The translations under genes were made by a program, and so were the position numbers. 14,855 bases of DNA from the UHGV virus genome UHGV-1735138; one strand, given 5' to 3'. This document shows positions 1-6,651 of this stretch, one piece after another. This stretch comes from a virus. Positions within the stretch are counted from its first letter, which is position 1. The number at the start of each line of letters is the position of its first letter. Under the pieces are notes generated by a model. It was given only the letters and a program-made list of their open reading frames with translations. It made no database searches and was not told the DNA's origin.

Positions 1-13
1 CAACCATCTGAAC

Positions 14-103
14 GGAGAGATGCCGGAGCGGCTGAACGGACCGGTCTCGAAAACCGGAGTAGGGGCAACTCTACCGGGGGTTCAAATCCCCCTCTCTCCG
101 CCA
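14..103 (+). tRNA. serU: tRNA-Ser, anticodon CGA, 90 nt with long variable arm
   Basis: Sequence GGAGAGATGCCGGAGCGGCTGAACGGACCGGTCTCGAAAACCGG...GGTTCAAATCCCCCTCTCTCCGCCA matches the tRNA-Ser(CGA) of E. coli as I recall it; anticodon loop CTCGAAA, T-loop GGTTCAAATCC, 3' end GCCA. Confidence 0.9.
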
Positions 104-150
104 CTTTATCAATGACTTACGTCACTCACTTTTCACCGTCGATCCCCCTG

Positions 151-187
151 TTAGAACGGACTTAGAATATTCACTTAGAATTAGACC
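151..187. repeat. Four TTAGAA/TTAGAC direct repeats between tRNA and int stop; candidate integrase arm-type sites
   Basis: TTAGAA at 151-156, 162-167, 175-180 and TTAGAC at 182-187; two longer copies ACTTAGAAT at 160-168 and 173-181. Confidence 0.3.
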
Positions 188-188
188 G

Positions 189-1217
189 TCACGGGTTTCT
201 GCTCAGAACTGTGACATCCAGCACCGGAATATCCAGAGTCGGAGTTACTGCGGGTTTGCGATCATACGTCAGCACTTGCGCCTCTGTTTTGTGACCAGAG
301 AACAACTGCTTTTCTTTACTGCTTCCGTCGTAGTCTGAGATCCCCTTCGCTTTTAAATCGTGAAACGTTCCCGTAATCGGGTAGCCCAGCTTTTCACTTG
401 CCGCCGCCCTGGCTTTACGCCAGATATCGTTAAATCCGGTATAGCTGTATTGCCCGCCATATTTGTTACAGACCACGAAATGTTGTCCTCCCAACGATTT
501 CGCCTGCTCAAGTGCGAACGTCAGTCGCTCTGAATACTGTTTGATCTGCTTTTTGCCAGTCTTACCCTGTTGGATAAACAACCCCTTACTCATTACCTGA
601 TCCCACGTCAGCTTTCGTATATCGCCGATCCGCGTGGCGCACAGATAGGCGATCTCCATCGCGCACTGTAAAACGGGAGATGCCTCCTGATAAATTGCGA
701 TATATTCCTCGTCCGTGAAATAGTAGTCGCGGGGCTTGAGGGAAAATTTACTGACGCCCTGGCATGGATTCCCTTTTACGTATCCGCGTTCGTATCCCCA
801 GCGGAATACTCGCGACATACTGGCTTTTTCATGGTTCGCCTGTGTTTTGCTTTTCAGCCCCCGCTTGTCCATATACAGCCGCACGTGAGCAGGTTTTATG
901 TTGTCGGCTTTCATTTTCCCGAACGCTGCGAGTAATTTCTTCTGGTGCTGCAGGTAATCCTTTTGTGTACGCTGACTGAGTTCCAGATAGTAGGTGCTGC
1001 TAAGAAATTTGTTCCAGAGTTTACTGAACGTCATGACATCAATAGCATCATTCAGGATCTCTTCGTATTTCACCCATACCTGAGCAATTGACAGATCTTT
1101 AATTTTACCCAGCGTAATACACTCTCGGGGCGTTGGTTTGAAATAATAGCTGTATTTGTTTTTATAAACGCGGGGTGGCAGCTTATTATCTTCCGCGCTT
1201 TTTCGTGTTCTGCTCAT
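189..1217 (-). CDS. int: Tyrosine-type phage integrase, lambda Int family (342 aa)
   Basis: N-terminus MSRTRKSAEDNKLPPRVYK resembles lambda Int MGRRRSHERRDLPPNLY; length and position beside tRNA fit; start overlaps upstream stop (ATGA). Confidence 0.9.
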   Translation of the reverse strand: MSRTRKSAEDNKLPPRVYKNKYSYYFKPTPRECITLGKIKDLSIAQVWVKYEEILNDAIDVMTFSKLWNKFLSSTYYLELSQRTQKDYLQHQKKLLAAFGKMKADNIKPAHVRLYMDKRGLKSKTQANHEKASMSRVFRWGYERGYVKGNPCQGVSKFSLKPRDYYFTDEEYIAIYQEASPVLQCAMEIAYLCATRIGDIRKLTWDQVMSKGLFIQQGKTGKKQIKQYSERLTFALEQAKSLGGQHFVVCNKYGGQYSYTGFNDIWRKARAAASEKLGYPITGTFHDLKAKGISDYDGSSKEKQLFSGHKTEAQVLTYDRKPAVTPTLDIPVLDVTVLSRNP

Positions 1218-1432
1218 CAGATTGCATCAAAATTTGGTTGTTCTTCTTCGGCAATCTGCACGGACCTTGCTCCGGACAGCGCAGCGTTTACATGCGTCCA
1301 TGTGACGCGAGGTCGCCCATCGCGGCGTTTTACATAAGAGATCCCGGCACGGGTCAGGGCGCCGCATTGTTTTGACGGGAACTGGTAGCCGGTCAGTTCA
1401 ACCAGTTCCTCGTCGTTTAACAGATCGTTCAT
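1217..1432 (-). CDS. xis: Excisionase-like small DNA-binding protein (DUF4224-type), 71 aa
   Basis: Immediately upstream of int and coupled to it; MNDLLNDEELVELTGYQFPSKQ...RRDGRPRV pattern typical of small proteins beside integrases; start preceded by AGGAAAGACC. Confidence 0.65.
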   Translation of the reverse strand: MNDLLNDEELVELTGYQFPSKQCGALTRAGISYVKRRDGRPRVTWTHVNAALSGARSVQIAEEEQPNFDAI

Positions 1433-1592
1433 GGTCTTTCCTCATTATGTAGCTTATTGCGTCATCTGCCACATGGCAGGCACGGGCAATATCAGACTCG
1501 GTCAAGGCCTGTTTCCTGACGCTGGCCGACAGTCGGCCAATTTTGATATCAAATGCGGAGAGCAGAGTTGCTCCCGGTTGCCATCGCAGCAT
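1398..1592 (-). CDS. Hypothetical small protein (about 64 aa from the internal ATG at 1592)
   Basis: Track ORF 1398..1622; the ATG at 1592 has AGGAGG 6 nt upstream, so it is the likelier start. Overlaps xis 5' end by 35 nt. Confidence 0.35.
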   Translation of the reverse strand: MLRWQPGATLLSAFDIKIGRLSASVRKQALTESDIARACHVADDAISYIMRKDHERSVKRRGTG

Positions 1593-1641
1593 TGTGATCC
1601 TCCTGTTACTGGTGAATCGCAATGCTAGCGATGGTGAGTTT

Positions 1642-1824
1642 TTATTTCTGATTAGGCGTAATCAGTTCTGGTGGGGGGAATGCCGATTTCTCCCGCGTGA
1701 CCTTAATGTTTTCTGGCAGGTGTAGCCCAAGTTCGCAGCGACTCCGTGCTTCAATAATGCCATTGGTACCATCGGCAAGTACCAGGTGAACCGCGTCACC
1801 ACGCTTTAATGTGAGTTTAAGCAT
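1642..1824 (-). CDS. CsrA-like small RNA-binding protein (60 aa), putative
   Basis: By-eye alignment to E. coli CsrA: MLKLTLKRGD vs MLILTRRVGE, and LGLHLPENIKVTREK vs IGVNAPKEVSVHREE, with the Arg at the CsrA R44 position conserved; same length as CsrA; coupled to upstream gene (TAATG). Confidence 0.5.
   Translation of the reverse strand: MLKLTLKRGDAVHLVLADGTNGIIEARSRCELGLHLPENIKVTREKSAFPPPELITPNQK
1648..1665. repeat. Palindrome CTGATTA-GGCG-TAATCAG, copy 1 of 2
   Basis: Perfect 7-bp inverted arms with 4-bp spacer; near-identical element at 6613-6630. Confidence 0.5.
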
Positions 1825-2393
1825 TAGCGTACCCTCAGCGAACGTTCGCCGCGTTCCAGATGTGCGCCTGGTACCGGGTTTAATAACTCGGCTGGTGGTG
1901 TTTCTCCACGCGCCAGTATTTCGGCGGCAACCGCCTCCGCAGATTCAATCACTTCTTTAATGGCTCGCTTGTTTGGTGTAATAACCGTTTCTACATCAAC
2001 AAGTGACACGCCTTCATACTCATCCGGGATCTTATCTTTGCTATCGATAATTACCCGGATAGCCCCCTGTGCATCAGTAAATGTGTTTTTTGCGGTTTTC
2101 AGTTTATCCAGGCCAGCAGCTTGCAGGCAGGTGAGCATATGCTTCCGAATTGCTTTTTCCTTGCCTTCAAAGGACGTCTTACGGGTAGCCAGGCGAGACA
2201 TTTCTTCAGCGCAGGTACTGGCATTGCCCTGTAAATTGCGGCAGATGACCATCATGGCGTCCAGTTTGTCTCCCAGTTCTCCTTCCATACCTTCAAGCGT
2301 GTCGGCGATCATCTCTGGCGTCAGTTCGTCGGAGGTTTCCAGCAGGTCAATCAGGCTGGCGTATTCTTTTGCAATAGCGATAGCGGTGCTCAT
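1824..2393 (-). CDS. Siphovirus Gp157-family protein (189 aa)
   Basis: DTLEGMEGEL motif and C-terminal PGAHLERGERSLRVR match the Gp157 family pattern as I recall it; sits beside an annealing protein as in Sfi21-like phages; coupled ATGA overlap. Confidence 0.7.
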   Translation of the reverse strand: MSTAIAIAKEYASLIDLLETSDELTPEMIADTLEGMEGELGDKLDAMMVICRNLQGNASTCAEEMSRLATRKTSFEGKEKAIRKHMLTCLQAAGLDKLKTAKNTFTDAQGAIRVIIDSKDKIPDEYEGVSLVDVETVITPNKRAIKEVIESAEAVAAEILARGETPPAELLNPVPGAHLERGERSLRVR

Positions 2394-4606
2394 GCTGTTT
2401 GCTCCTGTGCGGCGGCGAGAGCGGCGAGGCGTTCGGTTTTAATGTCGGTGATACGGCGCAGACGTGATCCCAGATACGATGAATATTCTTTATCACCTTT
2501 GGCTTCCGCTGCTTTCCGGTGTACATCCACCTCGCGGGCGATGAGGCCAAATACCTTGTTTACTTCGTTGGTGGTTACCGCAGCAGACAGTGTGTTGGCA
2601 ACGTTGATAAGCTTCTCATCCAGTTCCTTACGAAGACGGGTGGCGTCTTCCGCATTCTCGCTGGCATTCTTGATATCAAACTCAGCTTTATTCCTCTGGC
2701 GGTATTCCGGATTGTCGTACAGGCCCATGAAAATATCGGCGCTGAATCCGAGAGGGGATAGCGCTTTCTTAACAGCATCCGTCCAGGATTTCTTCGGCGC
2801 TTCGCCGTCGCTTGTTGGTCCGTATTTAGTGTCGTAGATATAAGGTGTGCATCCGTAAGCCTCGGACTCACCACGAACACCATTCAACATGTACCAGACG
2901 CGTACCTTCATGGTGTGATGCATTTCGCTGAGATAGCCGCCTGTGCCATCGGGGATAATTTCCCAGGATAAGAGGCCATCACTTCCTTTCACTTTTCGCA
3001 ATATCGGTGCGCCTTTATCAAAACGCTCTTCCAGCACCTCTACACCCCAGCCAATACCAAACGGTCCAAATTCGCGAGTCGCTTTCATCGCTATATAAGT
3101 GCCGTTGATGGATGTGCCGCCGCCGTTCTGAGAGAAAGCACTCGTGAAGCGCTCATCGGTTTTGAATACGTTCTTCCACAATGCCAGGTTATCCGTGTCG
3201 TCTGAGTCCTTTAACTCCGTTTCGATAGCTGAGATTGCATTCTGCCGCTTGTGCTCTTCGGTATGGATCCGCTCAACCAGCGCGTCAACGTTTTGCACCA
3301 GGTCTTTTACCTGCTCGCTAAGTTTTTCTTGTGGAGGAGTCTCTTCTGCCGGGGTAATAGCTGCAGGTTCCCTCTGAGATACGGCGTTATTTTCAGGTAC
3401 GTCATACACATGGCGAGGCGTGACAAACTGCTCACGCAACTGCTGCAAACTACGTTCTCCAGCATTTGCTGCTTCGCTTTTTTCGACCTGATTTGAGGGT
3501 GTTTCTGACATCATCCCATCAATTGAGAATCGCCCGCCGCCGTGGTTGGTGACTTTTACATCATCCTTTGGTGCTGTTTCCTTTGGCTTCTCTTCAACAG
3601 CATTTGCATCACGCTGCCCGTTAGCTTGCAGCCAGTTGTCGATGTGACTGCGCAGGGATTGCGGGAAGTGGTACGTGTCTTTTGCGGGGGCGCTCTGAAT
3701 AACACCGAATACTGATGCGCGGTCATAGGCAAGGATCTGATCCGTTGTGCGCAAGGCCATTGACCAGCGTTTAAAATCCTCCCGATCCTGGCTGATTATT
3801 TCGTCTGCCGCTTTCAGGACGCTGGGGGTGATTTTTTCCGGGCCAACGGGTAACAGGGCGCAGGCAATTTCACGATCCAGTGTGGCGTGAGTCTGTTGGT
3901 AAGGACGTGCGGATGCTGTTTCTGGTTTTACCTCCGGCAGCATTTCATCGCGTTTACCGGGATTCTCTACCCATTTTTTTATAAATTTGGAGATAGTCCA
4001 ACTGGTCGGGTTTTGTTCCTGGGTATCGCAACTTGCCAAAATTGCATGTACCAGATTATTCAATCCAGCAATATGCATGTACTCGATGGGCTTACACGCC
4101 ACCATGGCATCAAGAACGATGCGGTTAAATGCGTCAACCTCATCCTCACTGTCAGTATCACTGTTGTCGAGCATCTCCAGGTATTCACGCGTCTGCGCAA
4201 GCAATTCACTGTCGACTTCGTTGGCGTCGTGGCTGAACAGCAGAACGGCGGCGAATCGTTCACGAGCCGGCAGTTTCATCAGGTCGTTAACCTGTGCGAT
4301 ATCTGCTGAACCGCTATCTACAACGGGGGTGTTAACTACCCATTTTTCGCCATCAAAACTGTGTTCTGTGGCGAACGTCTCATCAAACTCACCAACGCCT
4401 GGGCGCGGTTGGCCCGGGGCATCTTCCCAGATTTTAGGTTTGAAATAGTTGTCGCCGTGGTCAGGGTAGGCTTCCCACAATTTGCCGATGATGATGTTCT
4501 CGGCAACTTTTTTGTTAGGGGCGTCGATGGCGATGGCCAGCGCCGGGATCGCGCCGTTTTTGAGCGCGCCTTTTTTCGCTTCTAACAAGCCGTTAAAAAT
4601 GGTCAT
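2390..4606 (-). CDS. Rad52/Sak-family single-strand annealing protein with a roughly 490-aa N-terminal extension (738 aa)
   Basis: C-terminal region (about residues 490-640) aligns by eye to the Rad52 N-terminal domain: FGPFGIGWGVEV vs FGYNGWAHSI; VRVWYMLNGVRGESEAYG vs VRVQLKDGSYHEDVGYG; KKSWTDAVKKALSPLGFSADIFMGLYD vs [25 protein letters not shown]. Start preceded by AGGAAAGACC. Confidence 0.8.
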   Translation of the reverse strand: MTIFNGLLEAKKGALKNGAIPALAIAIDAPNKKVAENIIIGKLWEAYPDHGDNYFKPKIWEDAPGQPRPGVGEFDETFATEHSFDGEKWVVNTPVVDSGSADIAQVNDLMKLPARERFAAVLLFSHDANEVDSELLAQTREYLEMLDNSDTDSEDEVDAFNRIVLDAMVACKPIEYMHIAGLNNLVHAILASCDTQEQNPTSWTISKFIKKWVENPGKRDEMLPEVKPETASARPYQQTHATLDREIACALLPVGPEKITPSVLKAADEIISQDREDFKRWSMALRTTDQILAYDRASVFGVIQSAPAKDTYHFPQSLRSHIDNWLQANGQRDANAVEEKPKETAPKDDVKVTNHGGGRFSIDGMMSETPSNQVEKSEAANAGERSLQQLREQFVTPRHVYDVPENNAVSQREPAAITPAEETPPQEKLSEQVKDLVQNVDALVERIHTEEHKRQNAISAIETELKDSDDTDNLALWKNVFKTDERFTSAFSQNGGGTSINGTYIAMKATREFGPFGIGWGVEVLEERFDKGAPILRKVKGSDGLLSWEIIPDGTGGYLSEMHHTMKVRVWYMLNGVRGESEAYGCTPYIYDTKYGPTSDGEAPKKSWTDAVKKALSPLGFSADIFMGLYDNPEYRQRNKAEFDIKNASENAEDATRLRKELDEKLINVANTLSAAVTTNEVNKVFGLIAREVDVHRKAAEAKGDKEYSSYLGSRLRRITDIKTERLAALAAAQEQTA

Positions 4607-4636
4607 TGGTCTTTCCTCATTACAGGTCAGTGGTTT

Positions 4637-4966
4637 TTAGTAGGGGAGCTCATCGGTATCTGGCGTGTATTCGATGCAAAGTAACTGCTGGATTTTGTCA
4701 TCGATAGCAGCAATACGCTGTTGGGCGTCGGCGGCTGTATTCTGTTTTTGCTCACGCAGCTGCTCTACCTGTAAACCGATGATGTCGATTGGCTGGGGCT
4801 GGTTGACGGTAATTTCAATTTCGCGGCTTTCCAGAAGGATGTACCTGTCTGGAAAACCTTTAGACATATCTACGGTTGCAACTAAGATTTCCCCAGGACA
4901 GAAAGTTGAGGTTGGGAATGCATAATTTACATATAGCTTTACGGGGATAGTGGTGCGCGCTTCCAT
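4637..4966 (-). CDS. Hypothetical protein, first gene of early-left operon (109 aa)
   Basis: Good Shine-Dalgarno AAGGAG 5 nt upstream of ATG; no family recognised. Confidence 0.6.
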   Translation of the reverse strand: MEARTTIPVKLYVNYAFPTSTFCPGEILVATVDMSKGFPDRYILLESREIEITVNQPQPIDIIGLQVEQLREQKQNTAADAQQRIAAIDDKIQQLLCIEYTPDTDELPY

Positions 4967-5050
4967 AGCGACTCCTTGGTGATGTATACTCGGGACCGAT
5001 CAGCGAATATTGATCAGCTTCCATAGCGTCAGTGTCGTTGGTCTTTCCTC

Positions 5051-5074
5051 ATCACAAGTTTGGTCACTTGTGAT
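5051..5074. promoter_or_regulatory. Perfect inverted repeat ATCACAAGT-N6-ACTTGTGAT upstream of first early-left gene
   Basis: 9-bp arms, 6-bp spacer, about 85 bp upstream of the ATG at 4966. Confidence 0.4.
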
Positions 5075-5212
5075 AAATCCGAATGGTTTGGTCGCCGTTC
5101 GGGGTAACTGGCCCGCCTTGTGCGGGTCTTTTGCTATCTAAAGGGTGCCGGTTACGTTTCCGGCGTCGTTATGTTTCCATCACGACCGTACGGGGCTGGT
5201 CTTTCCTGTTTT

Positions 5213-5227
5213 GAGCTGGTCAGGCTC
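5213..5227 (-). promoter_or_regulatory. Degenerate copy of conserved junction hairpin (loop CUGACCA, stem GAGC/GCUC)
   Basis: Minus-strand reading ATGAGCCTGACCAGCTC...GGAAAGACC mirrors the intact junctions at 7125-7170 and 9561-9602, but no gene follows. Confidence 0.4.
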
Positions 5228-5340
5228 ATGGTCAACGCAGGTCAGGCGTGGTACTTCCTCCGGTCTTTCCCTGGTGTCACGCTGCGGGTTTGGCCTCTCC
5301 TGTTGGGGACTCAGGCACAGCGATAAAACCTGGCTGTGTG

Positions 5341-5369
5341 AAAAAATGGCCCATCGTGCGGACTGGGCA
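5341..5369 (-). terminator. Candidate intrinsic terminator inside the early-left leader
   Basis: On the minus strand a 5-bp stem (GCCCA/UGGGC, 10-nt loop) followed by CA and six U (plus-strand A-run 5341-5346). Confidence 0.3.
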
Positions 5370-5813
5370 AAGACTAAACACAGCAAATTGATGATGGGCG
5401 CCCGGAATCGAACCGGGTAACGGGCAGGGAGTTCCCGTTAAACACCTGTTCACCACAACCGGGAGCGCACTCCGCCATTTCAAAATTTAACGACAAAGCT
5501 CAAAGTTGAGTCGATGAAGTGCGCTCTCGTGTTGTAGCCAGGACTCTTCCCTGGTGGTCACACCGTATCGCCTTGATGGTGAATCAATCGCTCATACCTG
5601 GCTGTGGCTTGCACATTCCGGCTACCTGCTATGGAGACAACGCGTTAAGGCTCCGCTTCCATCCAGACCGCTTCGACACATGTGCCATATGCCGGCGAAG
5701 TCTTTCCCTCTGTCATCGTACTGGCGCCGACGCGCAAAATTTGGTGCCGTCTTTCCGGCTGTCAGAACGTGTTTCTGAACAACTGCCGCTGGGTAAGCGT
5801 TGTTGATGGAATG

Positions 5814-5842
5814 AATATAACTAAAGGTAATTTTATGTGCAA
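5814..5842 (-). promoter_or_regulatory. pL-like promoter (minus-strand -35 TTGCAC, 17-bp spacer, -10 TATATT) with embedded operator
   Basis: Plus-strand AATATA 5814-5819 and GTGCAA 5837-5842; operator-like TAACTAAAGGTA (5818-5829) lies between the two hexamers. Confidence 0.35.
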
Positions 5843-5851
5843 GGTGTTTTA

Positions 5852-5863
5852 TAACAAAAGTTA
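5852..5863. promoter_or_regulatory. Operator-like palindrome TAACAAAAGTTA (left operator)
   Basis: Identical 12-mer occurs at 6371-6382 in the rightward operator region; the flanking GTTAGTATTT is also shared. Confidence 0.45.
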
Positions 5864-5875
5864 GTATTTGGGGTG

Positions 5876-5921
5876 AAAATAAAGGCAATGCATTGAAAAC
5901 ATTGCCTTTATTTTATTTTTT
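5876..5921. terminator. Bidirectional intrinsic terminator downstream of the repressor gene
   Basis: Perfect 15-bp inverted repeat AAAATAAAGGCAATG / CATTGCCTTTATTTT (5876-5890 and 5900-5914), 9-nt loop, then TTTTTT on the plus strand; repressor stop codon lies in the right arm. Confidence 0.7.
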
Positions 5922-6326
5922 GGTGGGGGTTAGTTTCTTTCTGGTAACCAGTAACTCTTCAAATAAACGATTAAAGTTTTCAACTTTATCTTCTAATTCA
6001 ATTAGTTGCTTTTCTTTTTCTGACTCGGGTAATGAATCAAATAACTCTAACAATCTTTTTTGACGTGAATCCAGCTCTGTTGGTAATTCGTCTACCGGAG
6101 TTGGCGCCTGGTCTTCGTCACCAAAAAGCAGCCATGTGGCAGAACACTTAAGTGCATTGGCCAAAGCCAGCAAGTTCTGACCCTTTGGTTCATTTTGTCC
6201 GCTTTCCCATTTAAAAACGCTCACACTCGATCTTCCAACCATATCAGCAAGCTGTTGTTGGGTTAGACCAAGCTGTTTGCGTCTTTGAGATAAACGGTCG
6301 CTAAGCATCAAATTCTTCATCCTCAT
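5913..6326 (-). CDS. Phage repressor, HTH XRE-family, no LexA-like peptidase domain (137 aa)
   Basis: N-terminal LGLTQQQLADMVGRSSVSVFKWESGQNEP is a classic HTH; divergent from the Cro-like gene; C-terminal 70 aa acidic and coiled-coil-like, too short for an S24 domain. Confidence 0.85.
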   Translation of the reverse strand: MRMKNLMLSDRLSQRRKQLGLTQQQLADMVGRSSVSVFKWESGQNEPKGQNLLALANALKCSATWLLFGDEDQAPTPVDELPTELDSRQKRLLELFDSLPESEKEKQLIELEDKVENFNRLFEELLVTRKKLTPTKK

Positions 6327-6331
6327 AATAT

Positions 6332-6382
6332 AAGTTAACTTGACATAACTTTCGTTAGTATTTATGTTGCTAACAAAAGTTA
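6332..6382. promoter_or_regulatory. Right operator region: palindromes AAGTTAACTT (6332-6341), TAACTTTCGTTA (6347-6358), TAACAAAAGTTA (6371-6382)
   Basis: Three TAAC/GTTA palindromic sites between the divergent repressor and cro-like genes, overlapping the pR-like promoter. Confidence 0.5.
6340..6368 (+). promoter_or_regulatory. pR-like promoter (-35 TTGACA 6340-6345, 17-bp spacer, -10 TATGTT 6363-6368)
   Basis: Consensus -35 with correct spacing to a TAnnnT -10, 27 bp upstream of the cro-like start; GGAGGG ribosome-binding site at 6386-6391. Confidence 0.5.
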
Positions 6383-6394
6383 CGCGGAGGGATT

Positions 6395-6592
6395 ATGAAA
6401 ACAGAGACGGTTATTAGTTTTTTTGGTTCAAAGACAGCCACAGCCAAGGTGCTGGGTATATCTCAAGTGGCGGTTACTCGTTGGGGGGCAACAGTTCCTG
6501 AAAAGCGAGCTGCTCGACTCGACCATATCACTAACGGAGCACTGAAATATGACCCGACTTTTTACGATGTTCCAAAACATGAAAAAGCTTAG
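6395..6592 (+). CDS. cro: Cro-like repressor, P22 Cro family (65 aa)
   Basis: SFFGSKTATAKVLGISQVAVTRWGATVPEKRAARLDHITNGALKY closely parallels P22 Cro HFGTQRAVAKALGISDAAVSQWKEVIPEKDAYRLEIVTAGALKY (from memory). Confidence 0.85.
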   Translation: MKTETVISFFGSKTATAKVLGISQVAVTRWGATVPEKRAARLDHITNGALKYDPTFYDVPKHEKA

Positions 6593-6612
6593 CAAAGGGC
6601 GGCTTATTACAT

Positions 6613-6630
6613 CTGATTAAGCGTAATCAA
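6613..6630. repeat. Palindrome TGATTA-AGCG-TAATCA followed by TTTTT, copy 2 of 2; possible weak terminator or nut-like site downstream of cro
   Basis: 6-bp inverted arms with 4-bp spacer then ATTTTTAG; about 20 of 22 bases match the element at 1645-1667. Confidence 0.4.
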
Positions 6631-6651
6631 TTTTTAGCGACAGGAGACGCT

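Noticed and set aside
1431-1824. Plus-strand ORFs 1431..1628 and 1543..1725 opposite the small early-left genes
   Set aside because: Antisense to better-supported minus-strand genes in a uniformly minus-strand coupled operon.
764-4585. Plus-strand ORFs inside int, Gp157 and the Rad52-like gene (764..979, 1175..1375, 1960..2442, 2442..2837, 2519..2761, 3144..3377, 3251..3496, 3887..4309, 3987..4448, 4361..4585) and minus-strand 2575..2883, 4060..4263, 2347..2550
   Set aside because: Antisense or out-of-frame shadow ORFs within well-supported genes; Ser/Cys/Arg-rich translations with no start signals.
4665-4925. Plus-strand ORF 4665..4925 (86 aa) opposite the 109-aa gene
   Set aside because: Entirely antisense to a gene with a strong ribosome-binding site; no start signal.
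5022-5024. Minus-strand ATG about 15 nt downstream of the GGAAAGACC copy at 5040-5049, opening a roughly 50-codon frame
   Set aside because: The frame overlaps the 109-aa gene out of frame and the spacing from the motif is too long; the true start is the ATG at 4966 with its own AAGGAG site.
5111-5139. Plus-strand hairpin GCCCGC-CTTGT-GCGGGT followed by CTTTTGC, resembling an intrinsic terminator
   Set aside because: No plus-strand gene or convincing promoter lies upstream, so it would terminate nothing obvious. It may be a leader RNA structure read on the other strand.
5391-5440. tRNA-like T-arm on the minus strand (CCCGG-TTCGATT-CCGGG, then CGCCCA) preceded by an 8-bp hairpin
   Set aside because: I could not pair a convincing acceptor stem, D-arm or anticodon arm upstream, and there is no CCA end. 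It may be a tRNA fragment or old attachment-site remnant, but it is not a callable tRNA gene.
5120-5888. Overlapping 60-95-aa ORFs on both strands in the leader (5120..5326, 5145..5420, 5180..5386, 5277..5483, 5519..5806, 5554..5778, 5622..5888, 5682..5864)
   Set aside because: They overlap one another in different frames, lack ribosome-binding sites, have low-complexity Pro/Arg/Ser-rich translations, and one starts inside the terminator hairpin. Typical random ORFs in GC-rich DNA.
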